Assembly (NCBI GenBank): GCA_963707025.1
Contig: CAVPOM010000013.1
Coordinates: 80,690-144,689, forward strand
Source of the DNA: an uncultured Verrucomicrobiae bacterium
GTDB lineage: Bacteria > Verrucomicrobiota > Verrucomicrobiia > Limisphaerales > Palsa-1400
Direction: 5' to 3'
Length of the DNA stretch: 64,000 nt
Shown: positions 10,875 through 24,103 of the stretch, piece after piece
Numbering within the stretch: the first letter of the stretch is position 1
Layout: each line of letters starts with the position of its first letter
The notes under the pieces: model-generated
The model's input: the letters and a program-made list of their open reading frames with translations, nothing else
Databases searched by the model: none
What the model was told of the DNA's origin: nothing
Made by a program: the position numbers and the translations under genes

Positions 10875-10956
10875 ACAGAATCGTGGCGCGATTTCTATCC
10901 GTGCTCGTTGCCTGGAAAGACTTGCGGAAGGAACCAACTGTAGTGACATTCTGGGT

Positions 10957-11217
10957 ATGACACATAATTTAACAGTGCTCTCCGTTAAACTTCCGCTCTC
11001 GGACGTGCGCCGGATTCCGGGGAATCGGAGCGCGTTTGTCCGCCAAGCGGTGGCCGAAAAGCTGGCGCGTCAGGCCGCCCCCGCGTGGCAACCGAAAACG
11101 TCCACCGGACGGAAATTGCTGGAACTTCGCAATCAGTTTCTGGCGCAGGGCGGCGAACTGCTGGACGCCGACGGCATCGCTGAAGAGCTGCGCCGCCGGC
11201 GCGGAGGGGTGGCGTGA
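10957..11217 (+). CDS. Putative antitoxin (VapB-like)
   Basis: Small RHH-like protein (SVKLP...RSAFVRQAVAEKL) overlapping the PIN gene. Confidence 0.7.
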   Translation: MTHNLTVLSVKLPLSDVRRIPGNRSAFVRQAVAEKLARQAAPAWQPKTSTGRKLLELRNQFLAQGGELLDADGIAEELRRRRGGVA

Positions 11218-11618
11218 GGACATTTCTGGATTCCGGGGTTTTGCTGACAGCCTGGCGCGGCAGGGATGCCGAAGCGGCGCTGGCCGTGATGGAAGATCCG
11301 CAGCGCGAGTTCTGTACTTCGCAGATGGTCAAGTTGGAATTGTTGCCCAAGCCGGCGTTCTTCAAGCAGAAGGCCGAGGTGGCGTTCTATCAAACCCATT
11401 TCCGCGCAGCCAAGGGCGAGGAGCCGTTGAGCCTGGAACTGGGCGAAAAGGCAGAGGAGTTGGCGCGCCAACACGGCCTTGCCGCGATGGATGCGTTGCA
11501 TCTGGCGGCGGCAATCCGACAAGGCGCGGACGAGTTCATCACCGCAGAGAGGCCGGGCAAACCGATGTTCCGTGTGCGTGGCATCTTGGTAAAGTCTATT
11601 CACACACAGCCGGTTTAA
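11214..11618 (+). CDS. PIN-domain (VapC-like) toxin
   Basis: FLDSGVL...E...MDALHLAAA...FIT PIN motifs. Confidence 0.85.
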   Translation: MRTFLDSGVLLTAWRGRDAEAALAVMEDPQREFCTSQMVKLELLPKPAFFKQKAEVAFYQTHFRAAKGEEPLSLELGEKAEELARQHGLAAMDALHLAAAIRQGADEFITAERPGKPMFRVRGILVKSIHTQPV

Positions 11619-11686
11619 GACTCTTTGGCGGACTTTAGGACAAATTCAAGCTGGCGGGCAAGAAGGGGCCGGGGCAGGATGAGGCC

Positions 11687-12070
11687 ATGCGGCTTGAACA
11701 TTGCGCCTTGCAGGTTCCCGACGCGCCGGCCCTGGCGGATTGGTATGTCAAACATCTCGGCTGCTCGGTGGCGCGGGTGGGCGGCGCGCCGGCCTTCGTC
11801 CGTTTCCTCGCGGCTGGCCCGGTGCTGGTTGAAATCTACCAAGGCTCGGTCGCGCCGACACCGGGTTATCCGTCCAGACATCCTTCCCAATTTCACCTGG
11901 CGTTTGTTTCGGAGAATCTCAAGGCGGATCGCGACCGCTTGCTGGCGGCTGGCGCCACCCTGGCCGAGGATTACTTCACCAACCCGGCCGGAGATGAATT
12001 GCTGATGCTGCGCGATCCCTGGGGCATCGGATTGCAGTTGGTCAAACGCGCCAAACCAATGCTGGCGTGA
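11687..12070 (+). CDS. VOC/glyoxalase family protein
   Basis: EHCALQV...HLAF...RDPWG. Confidence 0.85.
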   Translation: MRLEHCALQVPDAPALADWYVKHLGCSVARVGGAPAFVRFLAAGPVLVEIYQGSVAPTPGYPSRHPSQFHLAFVSENLKADRDRLLAAGATLAEDYFTNPAGDELLMLRDPWGIGLQLVKRAKPMLA

Positions 12071-12420
12071 TGGTGCCAAGGCAGCCTGCCGGCCGCGCCA
12101 GATAAGTTCTAACATATTCGTATCAAGGACGTTGCAAGAGTTGGCTGAGGCCGGGAAGCACCGGGATTGTGCCAATTCATGACCCACGGCGGCGCCTGAA
12201 GCCTCAAATTGGGGAGGCGTGGAAGGATTTGTAACGCTTCCGTCTTGGTTGGCAGAGGGCATTTCCGGGGGGGGGGACCGCGGCAGACAGCGGAGTGCCC
12301 CCTGCCTTTCGCCGACCGGGCCAAAACTGGGGAGGTTACAAATATTTTCACTTTTTTGTTGCCAAAAGACCGGGAAGCAGGCATATTTTGGTTAAGAAAG
12401 CCCGAATAGACCTCTTGTAT

Positions 12421-13194
12421 ATGCCGTTAGCCCTACGTCGGACGGACCGAAGGCGAACAAGTTCGGCAGGTTTCACCCTGCTGGAATTGCTGGTGGTTAT
12501 CTGCATTGCGGGGGTGCTGATGGCGCTGCTTCTTCCAGCCCTTTCCCAGGCCAAGGAAAAATCCAGGCGCAGTGTCTGCAATCAAAACATACGTCAAGTC
12601 ATTATGGCACTGACCATGTACGGTCAGGACGACCCCTATTGGCGTCTGCCCCCAGCCACGGACAACAAGGGCGACTACCATTCGATTCGGCTTCCGAGTG
12701 TTACGTTTTCAAATTTAGTGGAACCCTACTTGAGTGGTGAGAGCAACAATCTTTATTGCCCCAACCTTGTGTATGACACCGGTACGATGGGCGGGTATGA
12801 TCCCGTCACGGATACATTTACCATCGGATACAGTTATTTGGCTGTGGAAAACAACACGGCAGGGCCGAAAGGCCCGAGTCTAACCTGGGAAGGACCGGTA
12901 AAAGCAACCGATAACAAGGAAGTCCTGGCCGATGCCAATTATTGGAGCACGGCTGACAGCCAAGCCATGACCCTTGCGCCGCATACTTTAAGCGGCTCCC
13001 TCGTCGCCCGCGCAGCCATCCTCCCCACCAGTTCCTCCGCTTCGACCTCACCCGCGGCTGGCTGCCCCAGTGCGGCGATGGGCGCAATGGGCGGCAATAT
13101 CGGTTCCCTTAATGGCTCGGTCATCTGGCGGCCGATTCGTGCGATGGCTCAATACCCGGCCTCCACCGATGGCACCGCCTTGGGGAACTGGTAG
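12421..13194 (+). CDS. Prepilin-type N-terminal cleavage/methylation protein
   Basis: AGFTLLELLVVI...LLPALSQAKEK...C.N...M.Y pattern. Confidence 0.85.
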   Translation: MPLALRRTDRRRTSSAGFTLLELLVVICIAGVLMALLLPALSQAKEKSRRSVCNQNIRQVIMALTMYGQDDPYWRLPPATDNKGDYHSIRLPSVTFSNLVEPYLSGESNNLYCPNLVYDTGTMGGYDPVTDTFTIGYSYLAVENNTAGPKGPSLTWEGPVKATDNKEVLADANYWSTADSQAMTLAPHTLSGSLVARAAILPTSSSASTSPAAGCPSAAMGAMGGNIGSLNGSVIWRPIRAMAQYPASTDGTALGNW

Positions 13195-13662
13195 TCAGAC
13201 GGCAAACAATTCTGCCACCGTCATGGTCAGCCCCGGCAGAAGCCCTTCCTGAAGAATTTCCTTTCCGGCCAGAATGCCCTTCAGTGCCAGGCCGTGCGGG
13301 GTGCCATGGTACATCTCCACATTATCGTAGCGCGGATCCACCATCCAAACCCGCGGGACCTTGAAATCTTCGTAAACCCCCTTCTTGAGCACCGTATCGG
13401 GCCGGTGATCGGCCGAATCAATGATTTCCACCACCAGCCAAACCTTGCCCGTGGCGGCGGTGACCAGGGCCAAGTCGGGCCGGACCATGGTGCGCGGGGA
13501 AAGCGGGACCGCGTTGCGGGGACTGAGGAGGCGCGCGGCCGCATTGCCGGCCAGGACCGCCGCCACCCGCTGATGCAGCAGGGCGCAGATCCGTTCATGG
13601 CGCGCCCCGGGAAAGGAACGCACCAGGGTTCTGCCTTCGATGATTTCTTCGTATTGACTCAT
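13195..13662 (-). CDS. Uma2-family (PD-(D/E)XK) endonuclease
   Basis: E.IEG...H...RPDL...LVVEII...D...K..VY...WMVDP...LLPGL. Confidence 0.85.
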   Translation of the reverse strand: MSQYEEIIEGRTLVRSFPGARHERICALLHQRVAAVLAGNAAARLLSPRNAVPLSPRTMVRPDLALVTAATGKVWLVVEIIDSADHRPDTVLKKGVYEDFKVPRVWMVDPRYDNVEMYHGTPHGLALKGILAGKEILQEGLLPGLTMTVAELFAV

Positions 13663-13722
13663 CGGTGTTCGGCCGGGTTCCGGCCTCCGCCGGGAAAGGT
13701 ATCAGCCCGGAAAACGGCCTTT

Positions 13723-16406
<2,684 letters not shown>

Positions 16407-16410
<4 letters not shown>

Positions 16411-17138
16411 GTCCAGACTCCGAGGGTTTGCAGTTGCGCCATCGCCTGGCCGGGCCAATCGCGATTGGCCGCCGGACTGGCCGGGCTGGGATGCAGAATC
16501 CGGCCGGTCCTGACCGCCCAACCGCGGGCGGCCTCCCGGGCGCGCTCTTCGGCAAAAGCGCCCACGCCGATAATCCAGGCCGGCTGGAGAATTTCCAGCA
16601 CCGCCCGCAAATGGGCGTCGCAGATTTGGAAAAGCCGCTCCGCTTCCGCGGCGGGCAGCTTGTTGGGCGTGCGGTTGGCGCCCCGCTCGCCTTCCAGGAA
16701 GGCCAGCGGACAATAATTGACAACGAAATGGCGGGCGAAAAACTTTTCGGGCGGGCCGAAACGTTGCGCGAAAAAATTCCACAAGCGCCGGCCGCTCACC
16801 TCCGATTGGGCGCAGGCAAAGCCGCGGACCGGCCGCCGGCGGTGTTCCCTGGCGGGACGTCCAATGGGCGCGTCAATCTTCATCCAATCGCGCACCGCCG
16901 CGATCTCGCCAAAGGGAACGCCGGTCTGGGCCATGCCGAAAGGCCCCGGATTCATGCCCAGAAAAAGCACCTGCTTGCCCGGGCCGCCGAAGCGGGCCAG
17001 GTACTGCTCGTGCGCGCTCCAGGCGTAAGACAGCGGATTGTAAACGTGCGTCACCGGCGGCGCGAACCGCAGCTTCTCCGCTTCCGCCGACAATGACTTG
17101 GCGGCGGCGATCAATCGCTGTTGCGGGGAGGGGGTCAT
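16407..17138 (-). CDS. SMUG1-type uracil-DNA glycosylase
   Basis: FLGMNPGPFGMAQTGVPFG, SEVSGRRLW, NYCPL and HPSPASP motifs. Confidence 0.9.
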
Positions 17139-17794
17139 TCAAAATAAATGAAGGAATAATCGCCGGTGTAACCGGTCTGCCGGAACCACCAGCGCCATTC
17201 CTCCGGCGTGCAGAAGGCCTCGCAGGTCAACTGCCAGTAGAGCAGATTGGCTTTTTCCTCCTCGTTGCGGTAGGACTCGACCACGATATATTTGTTCTTC
17301 CCCACCCGCTCCACTTCGCGCAAGGCCTTGTCCAGATCATAGCAATACAAATTGTGCAGGGTGGTGATGGAGACCACCAGGTCAAAACTTTTATCGGCGA
17401 AGGGCAGGTGATTGGCGTGGCCCACCTGCAAGAATGGTTGCACTTCCGGTTTCGCGTTCTCAATCGCGTAACTGGAAATATCCAGGCCGCGCACCTCGAC
17501 GCCCGGCACGGCCTGGGTAAAATCATGGAGCAGAAAGGCCTTGCCGCAGCCCACGTCGAGGATTTTATCCCCGGGTTTGATGCCGTAATGCCGGGCCATG
17601 TTGTCGGCCACCACGCGCCACCGCCCGTCGTAGCGCATGCCGCCGTAGCCCACTTTCCGGTCGCCGTCCCAATAGTCCTGGCCGAACTGCTTGGCCAGCC
17701 TGGCGGCTTGCGCCTTGGGAAATTCGTTCACGCGCGCCAGATAATCGCGCTTGGTCTTCTTGTGCAACGGCGAGATAAAATCAATTTCAGTCAT
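17135..17794 (-). CDS. Class I SAM-dependent methyltransferase
   Basis: ILDVGCGKAFLL, GLDIS, LPF.DKSFDLV. Confidence 0.9.
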   Translation of the reverse strand: MTEIDFISPLHKKTKRDYLARVNEFPKAQAARLAKQFGQDYWDGDRKVGYGGMRYDGRWRVVADNMARHYGIKPGDKILDVGCGKAFLLHDFTQAVPGVEVRGLDISSYAIENAKPEVQPFLQVGHANHLPFADKSFDLVVSITTLHNLYCYDLDKALREVERVGKNKYIVVESYRNEEEKANLLYWQLTCEAFCTPEEWRWWFRQTGYTGDYSFIYFE

Positions 17795-17901
17795 GCCTCA
17801 TTCTGCGCGGTTCAAATTCCGTTCGCAAGCCGCCGGACTTGGTGTCGCGACTTGGTTTGTGTCACCGGGCGAGGTTGTATGGGCTAATTTGTTGAGGTGT
17901 C

Positions 17902-17963
17902 GAAGCCTGTCGCTCGAAATCGGCGCACAACGCCGGCACTGCAACCATCCAATTAGACACTAC
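17902..17963. repeat. Dispersed ~60-bp repeat, also at 47561-47624
   Basis: GAAGCCTGTnGCTCGAAATCGGCGCACAnCGCCG...CAACCATC occurs at both places. Confidence 0.7.
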
Positions 17964-19584
17964 GCTGTTGCGATGGCCAGCGCGGCTTTCAGCGCCGCTC
18001 GCGCCTTTTGCAATTGGGCGGCCTTGCGCTCGGCCGCCGAGGCGGCGCCTTTGGCGAAATCGCGCCGGGCCTGGTCGCCGGGGGCAAATTCGTTGAGCAT
18101 GATGCAGCACCATTTGATCTGGAAGGCGGGCCAGAGCAGGCGCGCCCGGCGGGCCAGGCCGCCGTCCAGCTTCAGGCCGTCCATCAGCCCGCCGACAAAG
18201 GTTTCCCAAAACTCCCGTGGCACCGGGGTTTGCGGCTGGCAAAAGAAATCGCAGATCAGCTTGGCCGGATCGTCCCAGCCCGCGTATTCAAAATCAAGGA
18301 AGCGCAGCCGGCCGTCCGGTCCAGCCAACGCATTGTGAAATCCAAAATCCGACGGCGACAAGACGCCTTCCTGCGGTCGGAGCGGACGCTCCAAGTCGCC
18401 ATAGTCTTGACAAAGGCGGGCGCGCGCCTCCTGCCAGGCCTGCTGAGACTGCCGCGCACAAATTCCATGGCCTCCCGGTCAACGGCCGCGCCGCCTTCCA
18501 TCCGTTGCAAGCGGGCGACGCGCTGGTCAATGCGCTCCAAGTGGGCCGCGCCGGAGAAACAGGCCTCCGAGGCGGCCAGCGAAACTTCCGTGGCGGCGGA
18601 TTTTCTCGACTGGTTGAGTTCCAGAATGAATTCCAGCGCCTGGCCGACGGCCGGCTGACTGACCTCCCCGGCCCGCAGTTTTTGGCCGTCCACGAAACTG
18701 AGCAACCCCAGGCTGCGCAGCTCATCCCAGGCCAGCGGTTGAGGCGTGCGGCGGAGGCCGCGCGACCAGAGATAATTGTAAAAGGCCCGTTCCGATGCGA
18801 AACGATCGCGCGGGTCGGCGGCATGGCGGAAATACTGTTTGAGCACGGCGTTGCGCCCGTCTTCCCGCACGCGGTAAACGCGGTTGTTGCCGCCACCGGT
18901 CAGCGGTGTCACGGCGGCGGCTGGGCCAAAACCATGTCTGCCCAGGAACTCAAAAACTCCCGCGTCCAATCCAACGGCGGCCGCCGCGCCGCCGATTTTC
19001 TCCCAAATCTCCGGCCAGGTTCGGGCGCGGAAAAAGGATTTTTCTCCGGCATAAAGGCCGTTGGGATCAAAGAGAATCCGTTCGATTTTGGGAAAGCCCG
19101 GCTCGGCCAGCAGTTCGGGCAGGTCATCAATGAAGTGGGTGCAACCGCACAGGCCGATGCGTTCGATTTTGGCCTGCTTGGTCAGTTCCAGAAAAACCCG
19201 GGAGCGGGAGAGTCCGATTTGCGCGGGGTCAAAGAACCCTTGTTGTTCGAGCCAGCGGAGGGCGGCCTGATGGAGATCGTGGCGCCGGCCGCGAAAGGGA
19301 TGGCGGGTTTTGTGGCTGATGATGCAGGTGGGAATGCCGGCGCGGCGGCAGGCCTGGAAAAACTCCAGCACCCCCGGATACGGGGCCGCTTCCGCCATGC
19401 GCGCGCCATAGACGCAGCCTTGCATTTCGGTCCAGACCTCCTCCCGGCCAATGCGGCGCAAATGGTTGCGCACCTCCGATTTGTTGACCGGCAAATCCGC
19501 CGGCGCCAGGCCGGATTCGCGCGCCACGCGATGAAACAAGGCGTCGTAACAGACAATCGTATTGTCAAAGTCAACGCCGATCAT
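17960..19584 (-). CDS. HAD-like hydrolase fused to an aminoglycoside-phosphotransferase-like kinase; 1-bp frameshift near 18445
   Basis: IGVDFDNT and FIDD (HAD); GGNNRVY...LKQY, then SPSDFGFHNAL...LDFEYAGWDDP in the second frame. Confidence 0.8.
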
Positions 19585-19624
19585 GGGGTGGAAAAACGTT
19601 CGCCAACCCGGTTCGCATCGCTCC

Positions 19625-19773
19625 GGGGAGCGCGGGCGTGCCGCCCGCTGTCTTTGGCCTCTGGCCAAAGACATCCGACAGCGCCATGCGGCGAACAAAG
19701 AGGTTGGCCGCTCCAAACGCCGGGCCAGTCGGCGGGACGCCAACTGGAAGCGACCGGGACGGTCGCGCTCCCC
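19625..19773. repeat. REP-like palindromic doublet (GGGAGCGC class); related copies at 50008-50058 and 50312-50512
   Basis: GGGGAGCGCG...GGTCGCGCTCCCC ends with internal hairpins, intergenic. Confidence 0.65.
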
Positions 19774-19978
19774 AACCTCTGCAGGGCTGGCCTGGCGGCA
19801 CATTTTTTCATGAAAAGCAGTTTGGGGCGGCGTTGGGGAAATGCCAGCCGGAAAATATTGAAAAATGACCTGCAGTTTTTTTATGTTAAATTTCAAGCGG
19901 GCGGTCAAAGATGAACGCATGACAAGCCCAGTGAAAATCGCCCGAGGGGCCGCCCGCCCGTGAAGGAAAAGCGACCGA

Positions 19979-20338
19979 TTGAATGCTGAACTGGCCAGGC
20001 AAACCGAAGCGCTGGGGTTGTCCCGCTATGCGCGGCATATTTTCCTGTGCGCCGATCAAAGCGAGCCAAAGTGTTGCGCCCGGCAACAGGGCCTGGAGTC
20101 GTGGGAATTCTTGAAGAAGCGGCTCAAGGAACTAAACCTGGCGGGCGCGACCCCGGTGGTTTATCGCTCCAAGGCCAATTGCCTGCGCGTCTGCATGCAT
20201 GGCCCCATCGCGGTGGTTTATCCCGATGGGGTCTGGTATCATTCCTGCTCGCCGCCGGTTCTGGAGCGGATCGTCCAGGAACACCTCATTGCGGGGCGGG
20301 TGGTGGAGGAATTCGTCCTGGCGCAAAACGGGAAGTGA
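19979..20338 (+). CDS. Thioredoxin-like [2Fe-2S] ferredoxin
   Basis: HIFLC...CC...[16 protein letters not shown]...EHL..G. Confidence 0.88.
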   Translation: MNAELARQTEALGLSRYARHIFLCADQSEPKCCARQQGLESWEFLKKRLKELNLAGATPVVYRSKANCLRVCMHGPIAVVYPDGVWYHSCSPPVLERIVQEHLIAGRVVEEFVLAQNGK

Positions 20339-20407
20339 GCCATGAATTAGAAATGTTGAATTAAGAATTCAAAAATCTAATCTCCGGGCAATTCCCTTTT
20401 TTCCCCG

Positions 20408-22249
20408 TCAGCAGTTTCTCAGATCCCCGTCAAAAAGTTTGTTTTTGGCAATTGGTTCCCATTTGGCCGGGCTGGCCAGGCCGGGCTTCTGCGCCATCGC
20501 AGGCGGCGCCGCTTGCAGAGCCTCGCGCCAGATCTGGCCGTCCGCCGATTTGGGGAGCGAAGGCTGAAAATGAAGGCGCGCCGGCACCTTGTAGGAAGGC
20601 AGGAAAGTCCGGCAATAAGCCTTCAGTTCCCGCTCGGTCAGCAGGGCGCCCTTGGCGGTCGGCGCCACGAAGGCGTGCATTTTCGTTGCAAAACCCCCGG
20701 CCGCGTCCATCAACCCGACCACCGCGCACTCGGCGACCCTGAGATGACGCCGCAAGACGGCTTCCACCTCGGCTGGGTTGACTTTGTGCCCGCCGATGGT
20801 CAGCGTTTCCGGCTTGCGCCCCAGCAGAGCCACCCCTCCGCGCTGGCCGGCCATGGCCCTGTCGCCGGTGCAATAGCCGTCGGTCTTGAGTATGCTCATT
20901 TGGTGTTCCGACTGGCCCCAAAAGCCTTTCATCAGTGCGGGACCTTTCAACAAAATCCGGCCGGCCTGGCCCGGTCGCGCCTGGCGCCGCTGTTCGTCCA
21001 CGATGCGCAGTGTGAGGGTGGGAGCCGCCCGGCAAATCCCGTCCAGCAATCCATCGGCGCCAATCCTGAAAAAGCCGGCCTGCGCTTCGGTCAGGTTGCA
21101 GTTCAGATTAATCAACGTCTGCGGCAGCCGGCGGCACAATGGCTCCAACTCCCCCGCTTGGAGCGGCGCGCAACCAATCTCCGCATAGCGCAACGATTCG
21201 GCCAGTTTTTGCAAGGCGGGCGCGAATTTTCCCAGCAGCAGTTTCACTCCCTCCGGCCGGAGCGCCAGGGCTGAAGGACGCTGGTTTTCCGTCAAGTTCA
21301 CCGCCTGGTTAAGGTCCGCGGCCAGAATGATGCGCGCCCCGGCCATGACATAAGCGAGCATTTGCCGCATGCCCAGGCTGGAGTGGAGCGGCAAAGGAAG
21401 GAGGATGGTGTCCTGTTTGGTCAGGCGGTGGTATTCGCCGGAGAAGGCCGCCCCGGCCAGCCAGTTCTCATGGGTGTTCAACACGCCTTCGGCGCACCCG
21501 GCGGCGCCGCCGCGGTAGGTTATGGTCGCGATGTCGTCCGGGCTTGAGCTGTTGAAGCGCAGGAGGGTGGGGCTGCCTTTGTTCTGCAGGGCCGCGTTGA
21601 GCGATTCCACCCGCACACCGTGCAAGACGGACAACCTGAAAGACTGGTCTTTGACGTAAATCACCCGCAGATTCTTCAACCCATGACGCCGCACGTGCAG
21701 CCGTTCGGCCAGGTCCCGATCCACCATCAGCGCCTGCGGGGTGCAATCCTGCAAAATACGGCAAAGGTTTTCATCCGGGACGGAAGGATCTTCCGCCACC
21801 ACGATGGCCCCGGCCTTCCAGACGGCAAAACAGCCGGCGATAAACTCCAGCGAATTGGACAGCAACATGAGCACCCGGTCGCCCGGCACCACCCCGTGAG
21901 TCAGGAGGCTGTCGGCGAGCAGGTCGGAAGCCTGGTTCACATCGGCATACGAAGCCCCCGCGCCGCCACAAGCAATGTCCTCCTGCGTCTCGGATTCCAG
22001 GGCCGCGCACCGGAGAATATCAGGCAGCAGGGTCGGTTTGACGGCTTCGGGCTTGGCGTCGTCGTCGGCGGGTTTGACGTGATATTCGTGCTGATGCAGA
22101 AACTCCTGAATGTCGGCCTGCAAAAACCGCCAGGCATTGCCCACTTTCATCCCGCGAATCCGGCCTTTTCGGGCATAGCGGTATAAGGTATCCAATTTGA
22201 TGCCCAACGCTTCGGCCACTTCCCCCGCACGACACAGTTCAATAATCAT
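20408..22249 (-). CDS. Excisionase-type HTH fused to a degenerate AMP-binding (ANL) domain
   Basis: EVAEALGI...TLYRYARKGRIRGMKVGNAWRF, then an ANL scaffold (GDRV, TGD, V.PAEVE, YKVP). Confidence 0.8.
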   Translation of the reverse strand: MIIELCRAGEVAEALGIKLDTLYRYARKGRIRGMKVGNAWRFLQADIQEFLHQHEYHVKPADDDAKPEAVKPTLLPDILRCAALESETQEDIACGGAGASYADVNQASDLLADSLLTHGVVPGDRVLMLLSNSLEFIAGCFAVWKAGAIVVAEDPSVPDENLCRILQDCTPQALMVDRDLAERLHVRRHGLKNLRVIYVKDQSFRLSVLHGVRVESLNAALQNKGSPTLLRFNSSSPDDIATITYRGGAAGCAEGVLNTHENWLAGAAFSGEYHRLTKQDTILLPLPLHSSLGMRQMLAYVMAGARIILAADLNQAVNLTENQRPSALALRPEGVKLLLGKFAPALQKLAESLRYAEIGCAPLQAGELEPLCRRLPQTLINLNCNLTEAQAGFFRIGADGLLDGICRAAPTLTLRIVDEQRRQARPGQAGRILLKGPALMKGFWGQSEHQMSILKTDGYCTGDRAMAGQRGGVALLGRKPETLTIGGHKVNPAEVEAVLRRHLRVAECAVVGLMDAAGGFATKMHAFVAPTAKGALLTERELKAYCRTFLPSYKVPARLHFQPSLPKSADGQIWREALQAAPPAMAQKPGLASPAKWEPIAKNKLFDGDLRNC

Positions 22250-22722
22250 AACGCATCTCAACCTTCCTCAATTCACCACGCCCTGAGCTTGCCAGACATC
22301 ATCCGCCCCGAGTTTCAATAACCGCCTCAGACGAAAGAAATGGGAAAAGAAACTGATCTTACCCGAGATTCTCCATCCCAAAATACTTTCATGGCGTGTC
22401 CTACAAGCATACTTTAAGCCAATATTTGCAGGGACGCTGCCTGCCTCCACCTTTTAAAAATGTAAATACTTATGGCATAATGACTTGCAATTTATAGCCG
22501 GCTTCCAAATAATTGCGCGCAAAAAACTCAGAAAATCAAAAAGTGTAAGGAATTCCGACAGAATCCGGCTCTCCAATAAGTTTTTCTAACATAATACGCT
22601 GATTGCCAATGGCTTGTAACGATTCGCTCAAAGTGTAGTGTTTTTCCTCACTTTCACGTAGTTTTGCTGGGGAAAAAGAAAGATTGTGTTTGAAGTTTTT
22701 CAAAACACCCTGTGGTTCGGCG

Positions 22723-23736
22723 ATGAATTGTTTTGTCACAGGCGCGTCGGGATTTATCGGAGCCAATCTGGTGCAGGAGCTGGCCGCCCGCGGCCATCGC
22801 GTCAAGGCGCTGCTGCGAGCCGGCGCCGATGTGCGCGGCCTGGATGGGGCCGATTACGAGGCGATTGCCGGCGACCTGGCGCGGCGCGACCTGCTGGAGA
22901 AGGCCATGAACGGCTGCGACTGGTGTTTCCACGCCGCCGCCAGCTATCACTTGTGGCTGCGCGATTATGGGCCGATGTACGCCGCCAACGTGGAAGGCAC
23001 GCGACACGTCATCGAAGCGGCCGCCGCCGCGGGCTGCCGGCGCATTGTTTATACCAGCACGGTGGGCTGCATTGGCCTGCCGCGCCAGAGCGGCGGAGAA
23101 TGGCTGCCCAGCGACGAAGCCGCCCCCGCCAGCGCCGCGCAGATGAGCAACCATTACAAGCGTTCCAAATGGCAGGCCGAAGAAGTGGCGCGCCAACTGG
23201 CCGCCCGGGGCGCGCCCGTCGTCATCGTCAATCCCAGCGCCCCCGTTGGCCCGCGCGATGTCAAACCGACGCCGACCGGCAAAATCGTACTCGATTTTTT
23301 GCAGCGCAAGCTGCCGGGCTACATGGATACTGGTTTGAACTGGGTGCATGTGCGCGACGTGGCGGCGGGGCATATTCTGGCGGCGGAAAAGGGCCGTCCC
23401 GGCGAGCGCTACATTTTGGGAAACGCCGAAGGCAACTGGACGATGCGGGAAACGCTGGCGGTGCTGGAGGAACTGAGCGGGGTGCCCGCGCCGAAATTCC
23501 GCGTGCCCTACGCGGTGGCCCTGCTGGCCGCTTATGGCAACGAGGCGCTCTCCGCCCTGACCGGCCAGGAACCCAAAGCCCCCCTGGCGGGCGTGCGCAT
23601 GGCGAAGTATAAAATGTATTTCAATCCCGCCAAGGCCATCCGCGAATTGGGTTTGCCCCAAACCCCGCCGCGCCAGGCCTTCGCCGACGCCATCGCCTGG
23701 TTCCGCGGCGGCTTTGTCAAAAGTCAGCATAAATGA
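22723..23736 (+). CDS. hpnA: Hopanoid-associated sugar epimerase
   Basis: VTGASGFIG, YKRSK, GPRDVKPTPTG, DTGLNWVHVRDVA.GH, KAIRELG. Confidence 0.85.
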   Translation: MNCFVTGASGFIGANLVQELAARGHRVKALLRAGADVRGLDGADYEAIAGDLARRDLLEKAMNGCDWCFHAAASYHLWLRDYGPMYAANVEGTRHVIEAAAAAGCRRIVYTSTVGCIGLPRQSGGEWLPSDEAAPASAAQMSNHYKRSKWQAEEVARQLAARGAPVVIVNPSAPVGPRDVKPTPTGKIVLDFLQRKLPGYMDTGLNWVHVRDVAAGHILAAEKGRPGERYILGNAEGNWTMRETLAVLEELSGVPAPKFRVPYAVALLAAYGNEALSALTGQEPKAPLAGVRMAKYKMYFNPAKAIRELGLPQTPPRQAFADAIAWFRGGFVKSQHK

Positions 23737-23759
23737 GGCCGGACAGAAAAGGCCGGGGG

Positions 23760-24103
23760 GAGTGATGGAGTGGCGGAGTGGTGGAGTGGTGGAGTGATGG
23801 AGGGATGGAGGGATGGAGGGATGAGGCGCAGGAAATGCAGAATGCAAAATGCAAAATGCAGAATGGGAGCGATCCGCGAATTTGAGGACGAATGTCGTTG
23901 GATGCATGGCCCCCCCTGGGTCCGGGAAGTGAAACCAGGTGAAATTAGGTGAAACCAGGTGAAATTAACTGAAATTGGCCGGACTGCTTCTGGTCCGCGA
24001 AGTATTAAAACCCCGGTGGAGCGGTGGAGTCTTGGAGTGATGGGCATGGTCAAGGCTGAAAAAATGGTTTGACCGGGTTTGACCGGTTTGACTGGTTTGA
24101 CCG
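23760..24103. repeat. Cluster of short tandem repeats (8-, 7-, 10- and 9-bp units)
   Basis: GGAGTGNT/GGAGGGAT, AATGCA(A/G), GGTGAAA(CCA/TTA) and GGTTTGAC(C/T) arrays. Confidence 0.85.
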
